From positions 3,919 through 67,918 of the forward strand of contig JBKCGB010000071.1 in assembly GCA_046303375.1 (NCBI GenBank): DNA of 64,000 nucleotides. Reading direction: 5' to 3'. This DNA is from Roseiflexaceae bacterium. GTDB lineage: Bacteria; Chloroflexota; Chloroflexia; Chloroflexales; Roseiflexaceae. The notes under the pieces were generated by a model, which was not told where the DNA came from, did not search any database, and saw only the letters and a program-made list of their open reading frames with translations. A program made the translations under genes and the position numbers. Below, piece after piece: positions 38,255 to 47,884 of the stretch (its first letter is position 1; every line of letters begins with the position of its first letter).

Positions 38255-39163
38255 ATGCAAATCATGCTCGAAGGTCGCATATTACGTGCCCAAAGTGGAT
38301 TCTACTGGGTCGAAACAACGCGTGGCGTGCTCGAGTGCCGCCTGCGTGGTCGTCTCAAAAAAGTCGCACTCAACAGCGACATCGCCGTCATCGGCGACAT
38401 GGTACGCGTCGATGAAGTGAGTCCCGGGTATGGTGCGGTCGAAGAAGTCTTCCCGCGCGAAACACGCCTATCACGGGTGGCCGCCTTTTCAGGTGGTCAC
38501 CGCGAAGATATTATCGTCGCCAACGTTGATATGGCACTCATCGTGGTTGCCCTCGCCCAACCCGAATTCCACCCACGCATGCTGGATCGCTACCTGGTCA
38601 TCTGCGAAAACAATGACATCGAAGCGCGCATCATCGCTAGCAAAGCAGACCTTGTAAGTGCCGAAACCGCAAATGCTGCGCTCAAACCGTACCGAGATAT
38701 CGGCTATGTGACCTGTGCAGCCAGTGTACACACGGGTCAAGGTATCACTGAAATTCAATCGTGGCTGACAGGAAAAGTGAGCGTCGTGACAGGCAAATCA
38801 GGCGTGGGCAAATCTTCGCTCCTCAACGCCATTAATCCACAACTTGCACTTGCAGTCGGGGATGTCTCAGGTGCAGTCAACAAGGGACGTCACACAACCA
38901 CAGTAGCGCAACTCATTCCGCTTGGCAACGGCGGCTATGTGGCCGATACACCGGGAATTCGTGAAATTGGCTTGTGGAAAGTGTCTGAAGCAGCGCTTGC
39001 CTATGGCTTCAAGGAATTCCAAGACCACATTGACAATTGCCGCTTTTCGGATTGCACACATCGCCACGAACCTGATTGTGCGGTACTACACGCACTTCAC
39101 GATGGCACCATTTCGCAAGCACGATATGACAGCTATGTCCGGTTACTCGCTGGTGAGGAATAG
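38255..39163 (+). CDS. rsgA: ribosome small-subunit-dependent GTPase A
   Basis: It has an OB-fold N-terminus, a permuted GTPase domain (NDIEARIIASKADL ... GKSGVGKSSLLNA ... DTPG) and a zinc knuckle CRFSDCTHRHEPDCAV. Confidence 0.93.
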   Translation: MQIMLEGRILRAQSGFYWVETTRGVLECRLRGRLKKVALNSDIAVIGDMVRVDEVSPGYGAVEEVFPRETRLSRVAAFSGGHREDIIVANVDMALIVVALAQPEFHPRMLDRYLVICENNDIEARIIASKADLVSAETANAALKPYRDIGYVTCAASVHTGQGITEIQSWLTGKVSVVTGKSGVGKSSLLNAINPQLALAVGDVSGAVNKGRHTTTVAQLIPLGNGGYVADTPGIREIGLWKVSEAALAYGFKEFQDHIDNCRFSDCTHRHEPDCAVLHALHDGTISQARYDSYVRLLAGEE

Positions 39164-39172
39164 GAGCAGACG

Positions 39173-39754
39173 ATGACGAACCGTCCAGAAATTATCCCTG
39201 GAGAACGTGTATTTTTGAGCCATTTGACCCGTGACGATGTGCCAGAATTCAGCCGGTGGTTTGCCAACCTTGAAACCACACAGCTGCTCGGATGGCCTGG
39301 CCGCATTTTTTTGCCCGAACAAGAACAAGAATGGTATGATAATTATGTTAAGTTTAATGAGCGTGAGCGAACATATGCCATCATCGCGCGTGATCAGCAA
39401 CAACTCATCGGCAATGTCAGTTTGACGGGAATCTCACACATCAACAACCGTGCTGAACTCGGTGTAGTACTCAGTCCCGATGCGACAGGGCGTGGGTATG
39501 GACGTGAAGCGATTCGCCTCATGTGTGATTATGGCTTTACGTTCCTCAATTTACACGTCATCTACTTGTGGTATGTCAGCTACAACGTACGCGCACGCAA
39601 AAGTTATGATGCAGTAGGATTCCGTGAAACTGGGCGCATCCCTGGTGCGCGGTTGCTGAACGGCACGCGCTACGATGACGTGTTGATGGCTGTAACACGC
39701 ACAGAATTCGGTGATTCTCAATTCCATCTCAAATTTGGTATCTTACCGATATAG
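39173..39754 (+). CDS. GNAT N-acetyltransferase (RimJ/RimL-like, Acetyltransf_3 type)
   Basis: The sequence runs ERVFLSHLTRDDVPEF ... IGNVSLTGISHINNRAELGVVL ... GRGYGREAI ... VSYNVRARKSYDAVGFRETG. It starts 9 nt after the rsgA stop. Confidence 0.85.
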   Translation: MTNRPEIIPGERVFLSHLTRDDVPEFSRWFANLETTQLLGWPGRIFLPEQEQEWYDNYVKFNERERTYAIIARDQQQLIGNVSLTGISHINNRAELGVVLSPDATGRGYGREAIRLMCDYGFTFLNLHVIYLWYVSYNVRARKSYDAVGFRETGRIPGARLLNGTRYDDVLMAVTRTEFGDSQFHLKFGILPI

Positions 39755-39761
39755 GGAGTTT

Positions 39762-41111
39762 ATGAGCATACACACGGCACTTCAGGACGCATCATATACG
39801 CATCTGCTCCCTGACGGCAGCACTGTACGCTGGGCACAACCCGACGATGTAGGCGGTTATATCGACCTATGCGCAACTGTCTTCAAAGAATCAGCAGAGA
39901 GCGAATACAATCGCTATGTGGCCAAATTCTGTCGTGACATTACGAGCAACTATCACCCACACAGCTCAGCCAACGAGCTCGCAGTAGTGGTGAATCCTGC
40001 TGGTACAGTGGTCGCAGGCACGACACTGATGCGGGTTCCAATGAACTACGCGGGGATAGATATCTCCTTGGGCAAACCAGAAGTCGTCGCCACACACCCC
40101 GACTATCGAAATCGTGGCTACATCAAGCACATCTTTGCGTTACTCCACGCCCGTAGCCACGCCCGTGGGGACTTGTTGCAAGGCATCACCGGTGTGCCCT
40201 ACATCTACGAACGCCTCGGCTACCACTATGCCATTGATTATGAGCAACGCACCACAGTCCATCTCACCGGTGATGCCGGATCAGCATCTCAAGTTGTCAC
40301 GATGCGGCGTGCCCGCAACGATGAATATGCAACATTTGCTGCACTCTTTGATGCTGAGCGCACTGCACGCCAGCAGCTGATTACCACACCACTGAGTGAG
40401 GCGTACTTTCACTACCTGCTCAACGACAATACATCAATTCATGCCTGGCAGCCGGTATTTATTTGCCATGCAGAGACTCAAGACATTATCGGGTTCATGT
40501 TGCTCTACAAAGCCAAAGTAGATAACAAATTTGTCATCTACGGGCTGGGACTGAAGCCAGGATACCCACTGGCACAGTACTTGCCGGCATTACTCAGCGC
40601 CAGTGCACAGTATCGCCAACTTGTGACCTTGCGCCACACACAAGACGAGACGGTCAACGGGATTGTATTTGATCTCGATGCCACACATCCCGCGCATCAT
40701 ATCCTCACAACAATAGCAAGTACGACATACGATCATGGCTATTCGTGGTATATCCGCGTGCCAGATATTCATGCACTGTTGCACAACATCAAGCCGGTGC
40801 TGACACAGCGTATCGCACACAGCGAGTTTCACGGATTAACGCACCGCCTCGAACTATCGCTCTATGATGCAACACTGTCGTTTGACTGGCAGCACGGTCA
40901 ACTGCGCGAGATTACACACAACCGGCACGCTCCCAGCGCTACTGCAACCAATCGCTATACCTATCCCCTCTTACTCAAGCAGGTGTTTGGACGCAATACA
41001 TATGCAGAAATGCGCATGTGGCATCATGAGCTTGCTCGGAATGCATTTGATGGCACACTCCTTGATACGATGTTTCCCAAGCAGGTGTCTTGGTTTATGT
41101 TTCAGGATTAA
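39762..41111 (+). CDS. Eis-like GNAT acetyltransferase, paralog 1
   Basis: AGGGAG lies 3 nt upstream of ATG 39762. The GNAT core is GKPEVVATHPDYRNRGYIKHIFALLH. The central WYIRVPDIHALL motif and ~450-aa length match the Eis-type GNAT + GNAT-like + SCP2-like architecture. Confidence 0.75.
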   Translation: MSIHTALQDASYTHLLPDGSTVRWAQPDDVGGYIDLCATVFKESAESEYNRYVAKFCRDITSNYHPHSSANELAVVVNPAGTVVAGTTLMRVPMNYAGIDISLGKPEVVATHPDYRNRGYIKHIFALLHARSHARGDLLQGITGVPYIYERLGYHYAIDYEQRTTVHLTGDAGSASQVVTMRRARNDEYATFAALFDAERTARQQLITTPLSEAYFHYLLNDNTSIHAWQPVFICHAETQDIIGFMLLYKAKVDNKFVIYGLGLKPGYPLAQYLPALLSASAQYRQLVTLRHTQDETVNGIVFDLDATHPAHHILTTIASTTYDHGYSWYIRVPDIHALLHNIKPVLTQRIAHSEFHGLTHRLELSLYDATLSFDWQHGQLREITHNRHAPSATATNRYTYPLLLKQVFGRNTYAEMRMWHHELARNAFDGTLLDTMFPKQVSWFMFQD

Positions 41112-41121
41112 GTGAACACCC

Positions 41122-42465
41122 ATGCAACACACTCATCACACATATACACGCACACTTGCTGACGGCTCACTCCTACGATGGGGCACTAGCGCCGATGCTG
41201 ATGCTTATGCGCAACTAGCTGAATCGTCATTCGTTTTGCCCCAATTCTCCATCAGCAACCCGAATGTCGGTCCGTACGCACGTGATATGTGCAGTGGTCA
41301 TCACCCCTTGTGCACCCCCGCTGATATTGCGGTCGTATGTTCACCCAACGGCGAAATGCTGGCAGCAGCCGCCTTGTTGACGCAACCGCTCCAGTATGCA
41401 GGAATAGATATCTCGGTGGGGCGACCAGAGCTGGTATGTAGTAGTCCGCAAGTACGGCAACGTGGATACATCCGTGAAATCATGCAGCTGCTACATCACA
41501 AAAGTAGTGCACGTGGTGATCTGATGCAGGCTATCACGGGAATCCCCAATTACTACCATCAGTTTGGTTATGTGTGGAGTGTGGATTATAACGCTTTTCG
41601 CACGGTGCGGCTCGCCGACATCCCAACAACGCACGAGACTGAACTAATAGTACGCAAGGCAACACTCGCCGAGTATGCAGTGTTTGCAGCGCTCTACGAC
41701 CACGAACGCACCCAACGCACCAGCATGGTGAGTACACCCTATTCGGCTGCCATGTTTCAGCATGCACTCACCACATCGTGTTCGCGTGAACAACATGTAC
41801 CCCATGTTGTGTGTAAGGTTACGGGTGAAATCATTGGCTTTGTGACGATGTTGGCGTATAGCGACGAAGATGGTGGCGTGTGTATCACTGGGTTAGGGTT
41901 TGCACCTACACAATCCCCGCATCAGTATTTCATCGCAACACTTATTGCACTCAAAACATATGTATCCACTCTACCGAAAGCACACGTAACATTCCCAGAG
42001 ACGAGCAAACTCTATATACAGGTGGATGCACAACCGGCATGGGAAGCGTTATTTCACACCTTTCGCATACACACGACAACAGAAGCTCCGTATACATGGT
42101 ACATTCGTGTGCCAGAATTCGCCGCCTTCCTATGGCACATCCGCAGTGCGCTTGAGGCACGCATGGCAGCGAGTGCATTTCGTGGCTATACAGGCGCACT
42201 CATTATTTGGTTTTATGGGACGGGGGTAGAAATGACATGGCGGGACGGTACTCTGCAATCGGTGACGCCGTGGCGCGCACCTGCCTACGGGGAGCCGTTC
42301 CATGCCACGTACCCACCAGGGATTTTCGCACAACAGGTATTTGGTTGGCGTTCTTTCCGTGAATTACACACCTGGCGCAAAGATGTCTGGGCACAGGCTG
42401 AATGTATTCCCATGCTCGAAACACTGTTTCCAACCCAGTCATCGTGGTTTCTGTGGTCGAATTAA
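41122..42465 (+). CDS. Eis-like GNAT acetyltransferase, paralog 2
   Basis: It is colinear with paralog 1: YAGIDISVGRPELVCSSPQVRQRGYIREI, WYIRVPEFAAFL and C-terminal LFPTQSSWFLW. Confidence 0.75.
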   Translation: MQHTHHTYTRTLADGSLLRWGTSADADAYAQLAESSFVLPQFSISNPNVGPYARDMCSGHHPLCTPADIAVVCSPNGEMLAAAALLTQPLQYAGIDISVGRPELVCSSPQVRQRGYIREIMQLLHHKSSARGDLMQAITGIPNYYHQFGYVWSVDYNAFRTVRLADIPTTHETELIVRKATLAEYAVFAALYDHERTQRTSMVSTPYSAAMFQHALTTSCSREQHVPHVVCKVTGEIIGFVTMLAYSDEDGGVCITGLGFAPTQSPHQYFIATLIALKTYVSTLPKAHVTFPETSKLYIQVDAQPAWEALFHTFRIHTTTEAPYTWYIRVPEFAAFLWHIRSALEARMAASAFRGYTGALIIWFYGTGVEMTWRDGTLQSVTPWRAPAYGEPFHATYPPGIFAQQVFGWRSFRELHTWRKDVWAQAECIPMLETLFPTQSSWFLWSN

Positions 42466-42482
42466 TCAGACAAAGGCACATC

Positions 42483-43838
42483 ATGACACACATGCATGAA
42501 CAAGACTACCGAGAAAATCTTGGTGATGGATACACACTGCGCTGGGCTAATCGCGATGATGATGCCTCACTCGTGGCGCTTTACGACACAGTGTTTGACG
42601 ACAATCCACTGTATGTCTCTGCATATGTGATGGCACAGATTGCAGGCACAAGCCCTGTAGGCGTCCCCGATGATGTGGCAGTGGTCAGCGACGAGCACAA
42701 TCGGATTGTGGCTGCAACATTACTCTTACGTATGCCAATCGACTATGCAGGAGTGGCAGTACCCGCCGGGCGTCCAGAAATTGTGGCGACGCATCCAGAA
42801 GTGCGCAACCGCGGCTTTGTGCGCAGAATCTTTCAACTCATCCATGCACGGAGTGCCTATCGCGGCGACTTGCTCCAGGGGATTACGGGCATACCGTACT
42901 ACTACCGACAATTTGGCTACGAGTACGCACTCACACTCGGAGGGAATTACCAGCTGCCCTTTTCGTCGATTCCGGCGGGAGCTCCCGATCAATCCGACAC
43001 AATCAGCCTACGTCGTGCAACAAATGACGACATCATGCCGCTGCTCATGCTCTATGAACGCGACAAGCGCCGGATCCACAACCATCAGCCGATGCTGGTC
43101 ACCTCGCGAGTCGATGCCACTTATATGCGACATACGATTCATACGACCCAATCTCACGACCCATGGGTACCATATCTCATCGTCTCCGATAACGACACAA
43201 TCGTTGGCAGCATATTCACCAACCGCATGCGTTTCGGTGCGATCGAAATCAGAAGTTTGACGACCGAGCCACATGTACCATTGCACACCATTTTCGATGC
43301 ATTATGTCGCCAAATCATGCAGCTTGCGCTGACAATGCCTGCAAATAATGCACACACCAGTGCCCCTAGTGAAATTCAATTTTGGCTGGGTGTGGCGCAT
43401 CCTGCCTACCCGCTCATCGCCCGTAGTCCACATCAAGTGAATCGTCCATATGGGTGGTATATTCGCGTCGCTGATATTGCACGCTTGTTACAGCATATTG
43501 TTGCGCCATTAGAAAAACGCCTGAGCCAGAGCAGCCTGGCTGGATACACAGGGACACTCCAGATTGAAATGTACCGTGACGGGCTGCAAATCGATATCGT
43601 CAAAGGCAAAATTACAGCACAGGCATGGAAACGCAACGGGCCATGGCAAAGCAATCGCAGTCCGGGGGCACCACAAGCCGCATACCCGCCACTGGTGATT
43701 CTGCAACAGATCTTTGGATTACATTCACTTGCCGAGTTACGTGATTTTTATCCTGATGTCTATGCCAGCCACGAAGCATATCAGTTGTTGGATGTATTGT
43801 TTCCCAAACAGGCATCGTGGCTACTGCCACTCGACTAA
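42483..43838 (+). CDS. Eis-like GNAT acetyltransferase, paralog 3
   Basis: The start is moved to ATG 42483 (MTHMHEQDYRENL). It is colinear with paralogs 1 and 2: YAGVAVPAGRPEIVATHPEVRNRGFVRRI, WYIRVADIARLL and LFPKQASWLLP. Confidence 0.75.
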   Translation: MTHMHEQDYRENLGDGYTLRWANRDDDASLVALYDTVFDDNPLYVSAYVMAQIAGTSPVGVPDDVAVVSDEHNRIVAATLLLRMPIDYAGVAVPAGRPEIVATHPEVRNRGFVRRIFQLIHARSAYRGDLLQGITGIPYYYRQFGYEYALTLGGNYQLPFSSIPAGAPDQSDTISLRRATNDDIMPLLMLYERDKRRIHNHQPMLVTSRVDATYMRHTIHTTQSHDPWVPYLIVSDNDTIVGSIFTNRMRFGAIEIRSLTTEPHVPLHTIFDALCRQIMQLALTMPANNAHTSAPSEIQFWLGVAHPAYPLIARSPHQVNRPYGWYIRVADIARLLQHIVAPLEKRLSQSSLAGYTGTLQIEMYRDGLQIDIVKGKITAQAWKRNGPWQSNRSPGAPQAAYPPLVILQQIFGLHSLAELRDFYPDVYASHEAYQLLDVLFPKQASWLLPLD

Positions 43839-43867
43839 CCTGAAATCATATGCGTCTAAGCAAGCAT

Positions 43868-45196
43868 CTAGCCAGCCCAGACTTCACTGGCTGGATGTTT
43901 GGTTTGGACGTGCCCATAGAGTGATGCAATCACCAAGAACACACCAATGCGTCCCCACATCATGCCCATACCAAGCAGGGTTGTGGAGAGCCAACTCAAC
44001 TGATACAGACTCTCGGCATTCACATTACTCGTTGCAAATGCGGCCGTTGCTAGCACAACCGCATAATCAGCAGCAACACCGTCAATGAGTGCCACAAGCA
44101 ACGCAATACCACACACAAGCATGACGCTACTGATCAACATGATGCTGGTACGCCGTACAAAAGCAGGAGCAAGGCGTTGGCCAAACAGGCGGACATCGTG
44201 GCTGCGACGAAACGCACCCCATACTGCTAATGCCACCACAACCATGGTGGTAGGAGTCACTCCCCCACCCATGGTACCCGGGGCACACCCGGTAAACATG
44301 GCAATCAGGAGACCAATCCGCGTCGTCACAGGCATTTGCATGATATCAGCATGCGTGAATATGCCCGCAGTGCGCCATGACAGTGCATCCATCAGTGCGG
44401 CCATGATTTTGTGAGCAAGTGTATCCGTACGATGCATGAGTTGCCACTCGGGAGTGGCCCAAAGCGTCACAATACTCCCACTCACCAATAGCAGTGTGAC
44501 AGCCAAACTGAGTGTAGTCTGTGCCAAGCGGCGGCGCGATGTAATCACATCGACGACAACCGGTAGACCGAGCGAACCTACCAACACGGTAGTCGCTATC
44601 ACGGCCAAACTGGGCAAATCGTTGGTCATGGCAATGAGTGGAGAATCAGGAGTCAACCAATCAAATCCAGCATTGGTAAACGCACTCGTCGCATGGAAGA
44701 GCCCAGCAAAAAGCGCATCTCCGTAGCTGGGGAAAACTGCACGCCACTGCCATGCCAGTAATAGCCCAGCCCAGAGCTCAATAGCACATGCAGCCCAAAA
44801 GAGATGCATCCCTTTGATGCGCGTACGAGCAAAGATGGTCACACCCAATTGCTGCAAGATGGTCACTGTGATACTCATGAATCCGGCGCCACCACATTGG
44901 AGCAACACCAAGATGAGCCACATCCCAGCAGGGGTGAGCTGGCTAGCAATCGGGCGCAACGAAGCACCGCTAGCGGTAAGTGCGGAGACAGCCAGAAACC
45001 ACGCTTCGTGCCATGTCAACACTTCAGCAGTGAATCCGAGTGGCAACCAAAAGAGCATCCCTGCCACAACGGTACTCCCCACAAAGATACAGGCTACAAC
45101 CTGTATACGATGTTGGGGAGTATGAATGAGTGCCGCACGATTTTGCCAGAGTGCAGTAAACTGGCGCCACCATTGTACACGTGCCGATTGCTTCAC
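43868..45196 (-). CDS. TrkH/KtrB-family cation (K+) transporter membrane subunit
   Basis: The 442-aa polytopic protein has repeated membrane-pore-membrane units with the Gly-containing pore segments SALTASGAS, SAFTNAGFD and TGCAPGTMGGGV. The GTG start lies 3 nt after the citrate synthase stop. No TrkA/KtrA gene is adjacent. Confidence 0.8.
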   Translation of the reverse strand: MKQSARVQWWRQFTALWQNRAALIHTPQHRIQVVACIFVGSTVVAGMLFWLPLGFTAEVLTWHEAWFLAVSALTASGASLRPIASQLTPAGMWLILVLLQCGGAGFMSITVTILQQLGVTIFARTRIKGMHLFWAACAIELWAGLLLAWQWRAVFPSYGDALFAGLFHATSAFTNAGFDWLTPDSPLIAMTNDLPSLAVIATTVLVGSLGLPVVVDVITSRRRLAQTTLSLAVTLLLVSGSIVTLWATPEWQLMHRTDTLAHKIMAALMDALSWRTAGIFTHADIMQMPVTTRIGLLIAMFTGCAPGTMGGGVTPTTMVVVALAVWGAFRRSHDVRLFGQRLAPAFVRRTSIMLISSVMLVCGIALLVALIDGVAADYAVVLATAAFATSNVNAESLYQLSWLSTTLLGMGMMWGRIGVFLVIASLYGHVQTKHPASEVWAG

Positions 45197-45199
45197 ACA

Positions 45200-46315
45200 C
45201 TAGCCTCGTTGTGCGAGCGGCACGTAGGAGACATTTTCTGGGCCAACGTACTCAGACTCGGGGCGAATAATCCGGTTATCGCTGTACTGTTCGAGGACAT
45301 GTGCAGTCCACCCTGACACGCGGCTCAGCGCAAAAATGGGCGTGAATTGATCGATGGGTATCCCGAGCGCATAGTAGACAGATGCAGAATAGAAATCAAC
45401 ATTGACGGGGAGTGGTTTGGATTCTTGCACCACATGCCGGATGATTTCGGAGATTTCGTACCACTGCTTGGGGCCGACAGTCATCGCCAAGTCATGTGAC
45501 AAGCGCTGCAACCAGGCTGCACGTGGATCGTCAGCCTTGTAGACACGATGCCCGAAACCCATGATTTTTTGTTTGGCATCGAGCATGGCACGCACTGCTT
45601 TTTCTGCATTTTCCGTGGTACCAATTTCGAGGAGCATGCGCATGACTTGCTCGTTTGCACCACCATGGAGTGGGCCTTTGAGTGAGCCAATTGCTGCAGT
45701 GATTGCAGAATGGAGATCAGACAAACTCGAAGCGGTACACCGTGCTACGAATGTAGAAGCATTCAAGCCATGGTCTGCATGTAAAATCAGACAGGTGTCA
45801 AGGATTTTGGCCGCTGTCGGATCAGGATCCTTGCCGGTCATCATGTAGAGAAAATTGGCTGCGTGACTGAGGTCGGTACGAGGCAAAATTGGCCACTGGT
45901 TGTTGCGAATGCGCTCCCACGCAGCAATAATCGTGGCCATCGACGCCGTTAACCGCAACGACTTATTTACGTTGGCTTCTACCGAATTATCAAGGTCGTC
46001 AGGATCGTACGTCGACAATGCTGATACCGCAGTGCGCAACACTTCCATGGGGGGTGTTTTTTTAGGCATGGACATCATCAGTGTCAAAATCTCATATGGA
46101 AGTTGACGATTCTCGATGAATGTCTTCGTAAACGCAGTCAATTGTTCCGTGGTTGGCAGACTACCATGCCAAAGGAGATAGGTTGTTTCCTCAAACGTAG
46201 AGTGAGCGGCAAGGTCATCGATATTCAAGCCCTGGTAGTACAAACGACCATTGATTCCATCAATGCGACTAATTGCAGTCGACGCAGCAACAATTCCTTC
46301 GAGACCCTTATTCAT
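45200..46315 (-). CDS. citrate synthase (short, ~370-aa type)
   Basis: The motifs are MNKGLEGIVAASTAIS, LKGPLHGGANEQV and GFGHRVYKADDPRA. A GAGGAG RBS lies 8 nt upstream. Confidence 0.93.
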   Translation of the reverse strand: MNKGLEGIVAASTAISRIDGINGRLYYQGLNIDDLAAHSTFEETTYLLWHGSLPTTEQLTAFTKTFIENRQLPYEILTLMMSMPKKTPPMEVLRTAVSALSTYDPDDLDNSVEANVNKSLRLTASMATIIAAWERIRNNQWPILPRTDLSHAANFLYMMTGKDPDPTAAKILDTCLILHADHGLNASTFVARCTASSLSDLHSAITAAIGSLKGPLHGGANEQVMRMLLEIGTTENAEKAVRAMLDAKQKIMGFGHRVYKADDPRAAWLQRLSHDLAMTVGPKQWYEISEIIRHVVQESKPLPVNVDFYSASVYYALGIPIDQFTPIFALSRVSGWTAHVLEQYSDNRIIRPESEYVGPENVSYVPLAQRG

Positions 46316-46447
46316 TCCGACCGCTCCTCTATTTCATCATAAGCGTTACCGCACAATCCTGCATCCAAAAGCTCACCACTGTCAACAGAATTTGCGTACG
46401 CATGAATTATCCGGCGCAATTATACCACAACCATGGTCAAATGCACG

Positions 46448-47239
46448 TTATATCACTGTGCGGAGTGTTTTGATATATTCAACAACGGTGGCCACACGTG
46501 TCTCTGGTGCATGAGCATCCAGCATATTGATAATGGCACTTGCAACTATCGCGCCGTCGGCCACTTGCGCAACCGTCTTGACATGTTCGGTTGTACTTAT
46601 GCCAAACCCGACCACCAAAGGCAACTCGGTGTGCGTACGTACACGTGCAAGGAAATCAGGCAGCCCGTCCCAAAGTGTGGTACGTGCACCAGTCACACCC
46701 GTCAACGACACGCAATAAATGAACCCACTTGCCACGGCAGTAATCTGTTTAATACGCACATCCGGGGTCGTTGGTGCCACAAACATGATCAGATCGAGCC
46801 CCACCGCTGACAGCGCCTGCTGCATTTCTCCGGCCGCTTCTGGTGGTAGGTCGGGCACGATCACCCCATCTGCACCCGCAGCTGCCGCTGCTTGAGCGAA
46901 GCGCGTAACACCATACTGCAGAAACGGATTGTAATACCCCATCATGACCAATGGCACTGTGACACCGATTTGGCGCAATTGGTGCACAGAGTCGAGTGCG
47001 TATTGCACATTGACGCCGTTACGCAGGGCTTGCTCTGAGGCACGTTGAATCGTTGCGCCGTCTGCAAGCGGGTCCGAAAACGGCACACCGATTTCGAATA
47101 AATCTGCGCCTGCTGCCTGAAGCGCAGGCGCAAGGGTTTGGAGTGAATCTTTGTCGGGATACCCAACCATCAAATACGGCATCAATGCACCGCGCTGCTG
47201 CGCACGTAGCCGTACAAAAGTCTCTGCAATTCTACCCAC
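46448..47239 (-). CDS. trpA: tryptophan synthase alpha chain
   Basis: The motifs are LMPYLMVGYPD, FEIGVPFSDPLADGATIQ and VGFGIST. AGGAG (47250-47246) directly abuts the ORF-track TTG 47245 but lies 6 nt upstream of the in-frame GTG 47239, so I prefer GTG. Confidence 0.9.
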   Translation of the reverse strand: MGRIAETFVRLRAQQRGALMPYLMVGYPDKDSLQTLAPALQAAGADLFEIGVPFSDPLADGATIQRASEQALRNGVNVQYALDSVHQLRQIGVTVPLVMMGYYNPFLQYGVTRFAQAAAAAGADGVIVPDLPPEAAGEMQQALSAVGLDLIMFVAPTTPDVRIKQITAVASGFIYCVSLTGVTGARTTLWDGLPDFLARVRTHTELPLVVGFGISTTEHVKTVAQVADGAIVASAIINMLDAHAPETRVATVVEYIKTLRTVI

Positions 47240-47255
47240 ACCCAACTCCTATGTA

Positions 47256-47831
47256 CTAGAGCGCTTTTTTGAGCAAATCGCGCGCATTCCAAAAATACTC
47301 AATCCCTGAACCCACCGTCCAAAACAACGCCAACGAATAGGGAATGTACCACCACTGTGACAACCAGACCATCCACCATGGCATCCACGCCAAATCTGGA
47401 AATGCAGCATAGCACATCAACCAAATCAATCCGGTCACCGTCATAGTCAATTTCTGCTTGCCCCACGACCGTGCCGGAATCACAATCCCTTGAGCTGCCG
47501 CATATGAACGCAAACCAGAGACTGCAAATTCGCGGGCGATGATGATAAGTGCATACCAACTCTGTACGAGACCGGTTTCGACCATCGGCAACAATGCACC
47601 AGCAACGAATATTTTGTCAGAAATCGTATCGAGAAATATACCCAAATTCGACACAACCCCATAACTACGGGCAAGTCGACCGTCAATGATGTCACTGATG
47701 GCCATAGCCAACAACACCCAGGCAGCCGCAAACAGTGACACTCCTGTATTGAGCAACAGCAGATAGACGAGCAACGGTGTCAGAATGACACGAAAGAGTC
47801 CAAGCATGTTGGGAATTTGGCGCATATTCAT
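47256..47831 (-). CDS. pgsA: CDP-alcohol phosphatidyltransferase (PgsA-like)
   Basis: The family motif D-G-x2-A-R-x8-G-x3-D-x3-D is read in DIIDGRLARSYGVVSNLGIFLDTISDKI. Confidence 0.88.
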   Translation of the reverse strand: MNMRQIPNMLGLFRVILTPLLVYLLLLNTGVSLFAAAWVLLAMAISDIIDGRLARSYGVVSNLGIFLDTISDKIFVAGALLPMVETGLVQSWYALIIIAREFAVSGLRSYAAAQGIVIPARSWGKQKLTMTVTGLIWLMCYAAFPDLAWMPWWMVWLSQWWYIPYSLALFWTVGSGIEYFWNARDLLKKAL

Positions 47832-47884
47832 CGTTGTTGCAAACCTTTACCAGAATAGACCCGTATGTGCGATTATATCACGCA

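Noticed and set aside
44804-45316. 170-aa plus-strand ORF spanning the trkH / citrate synthase junction
   Set aside because: It crosses two well-supported minus-strand genes and has no motif or RBS.
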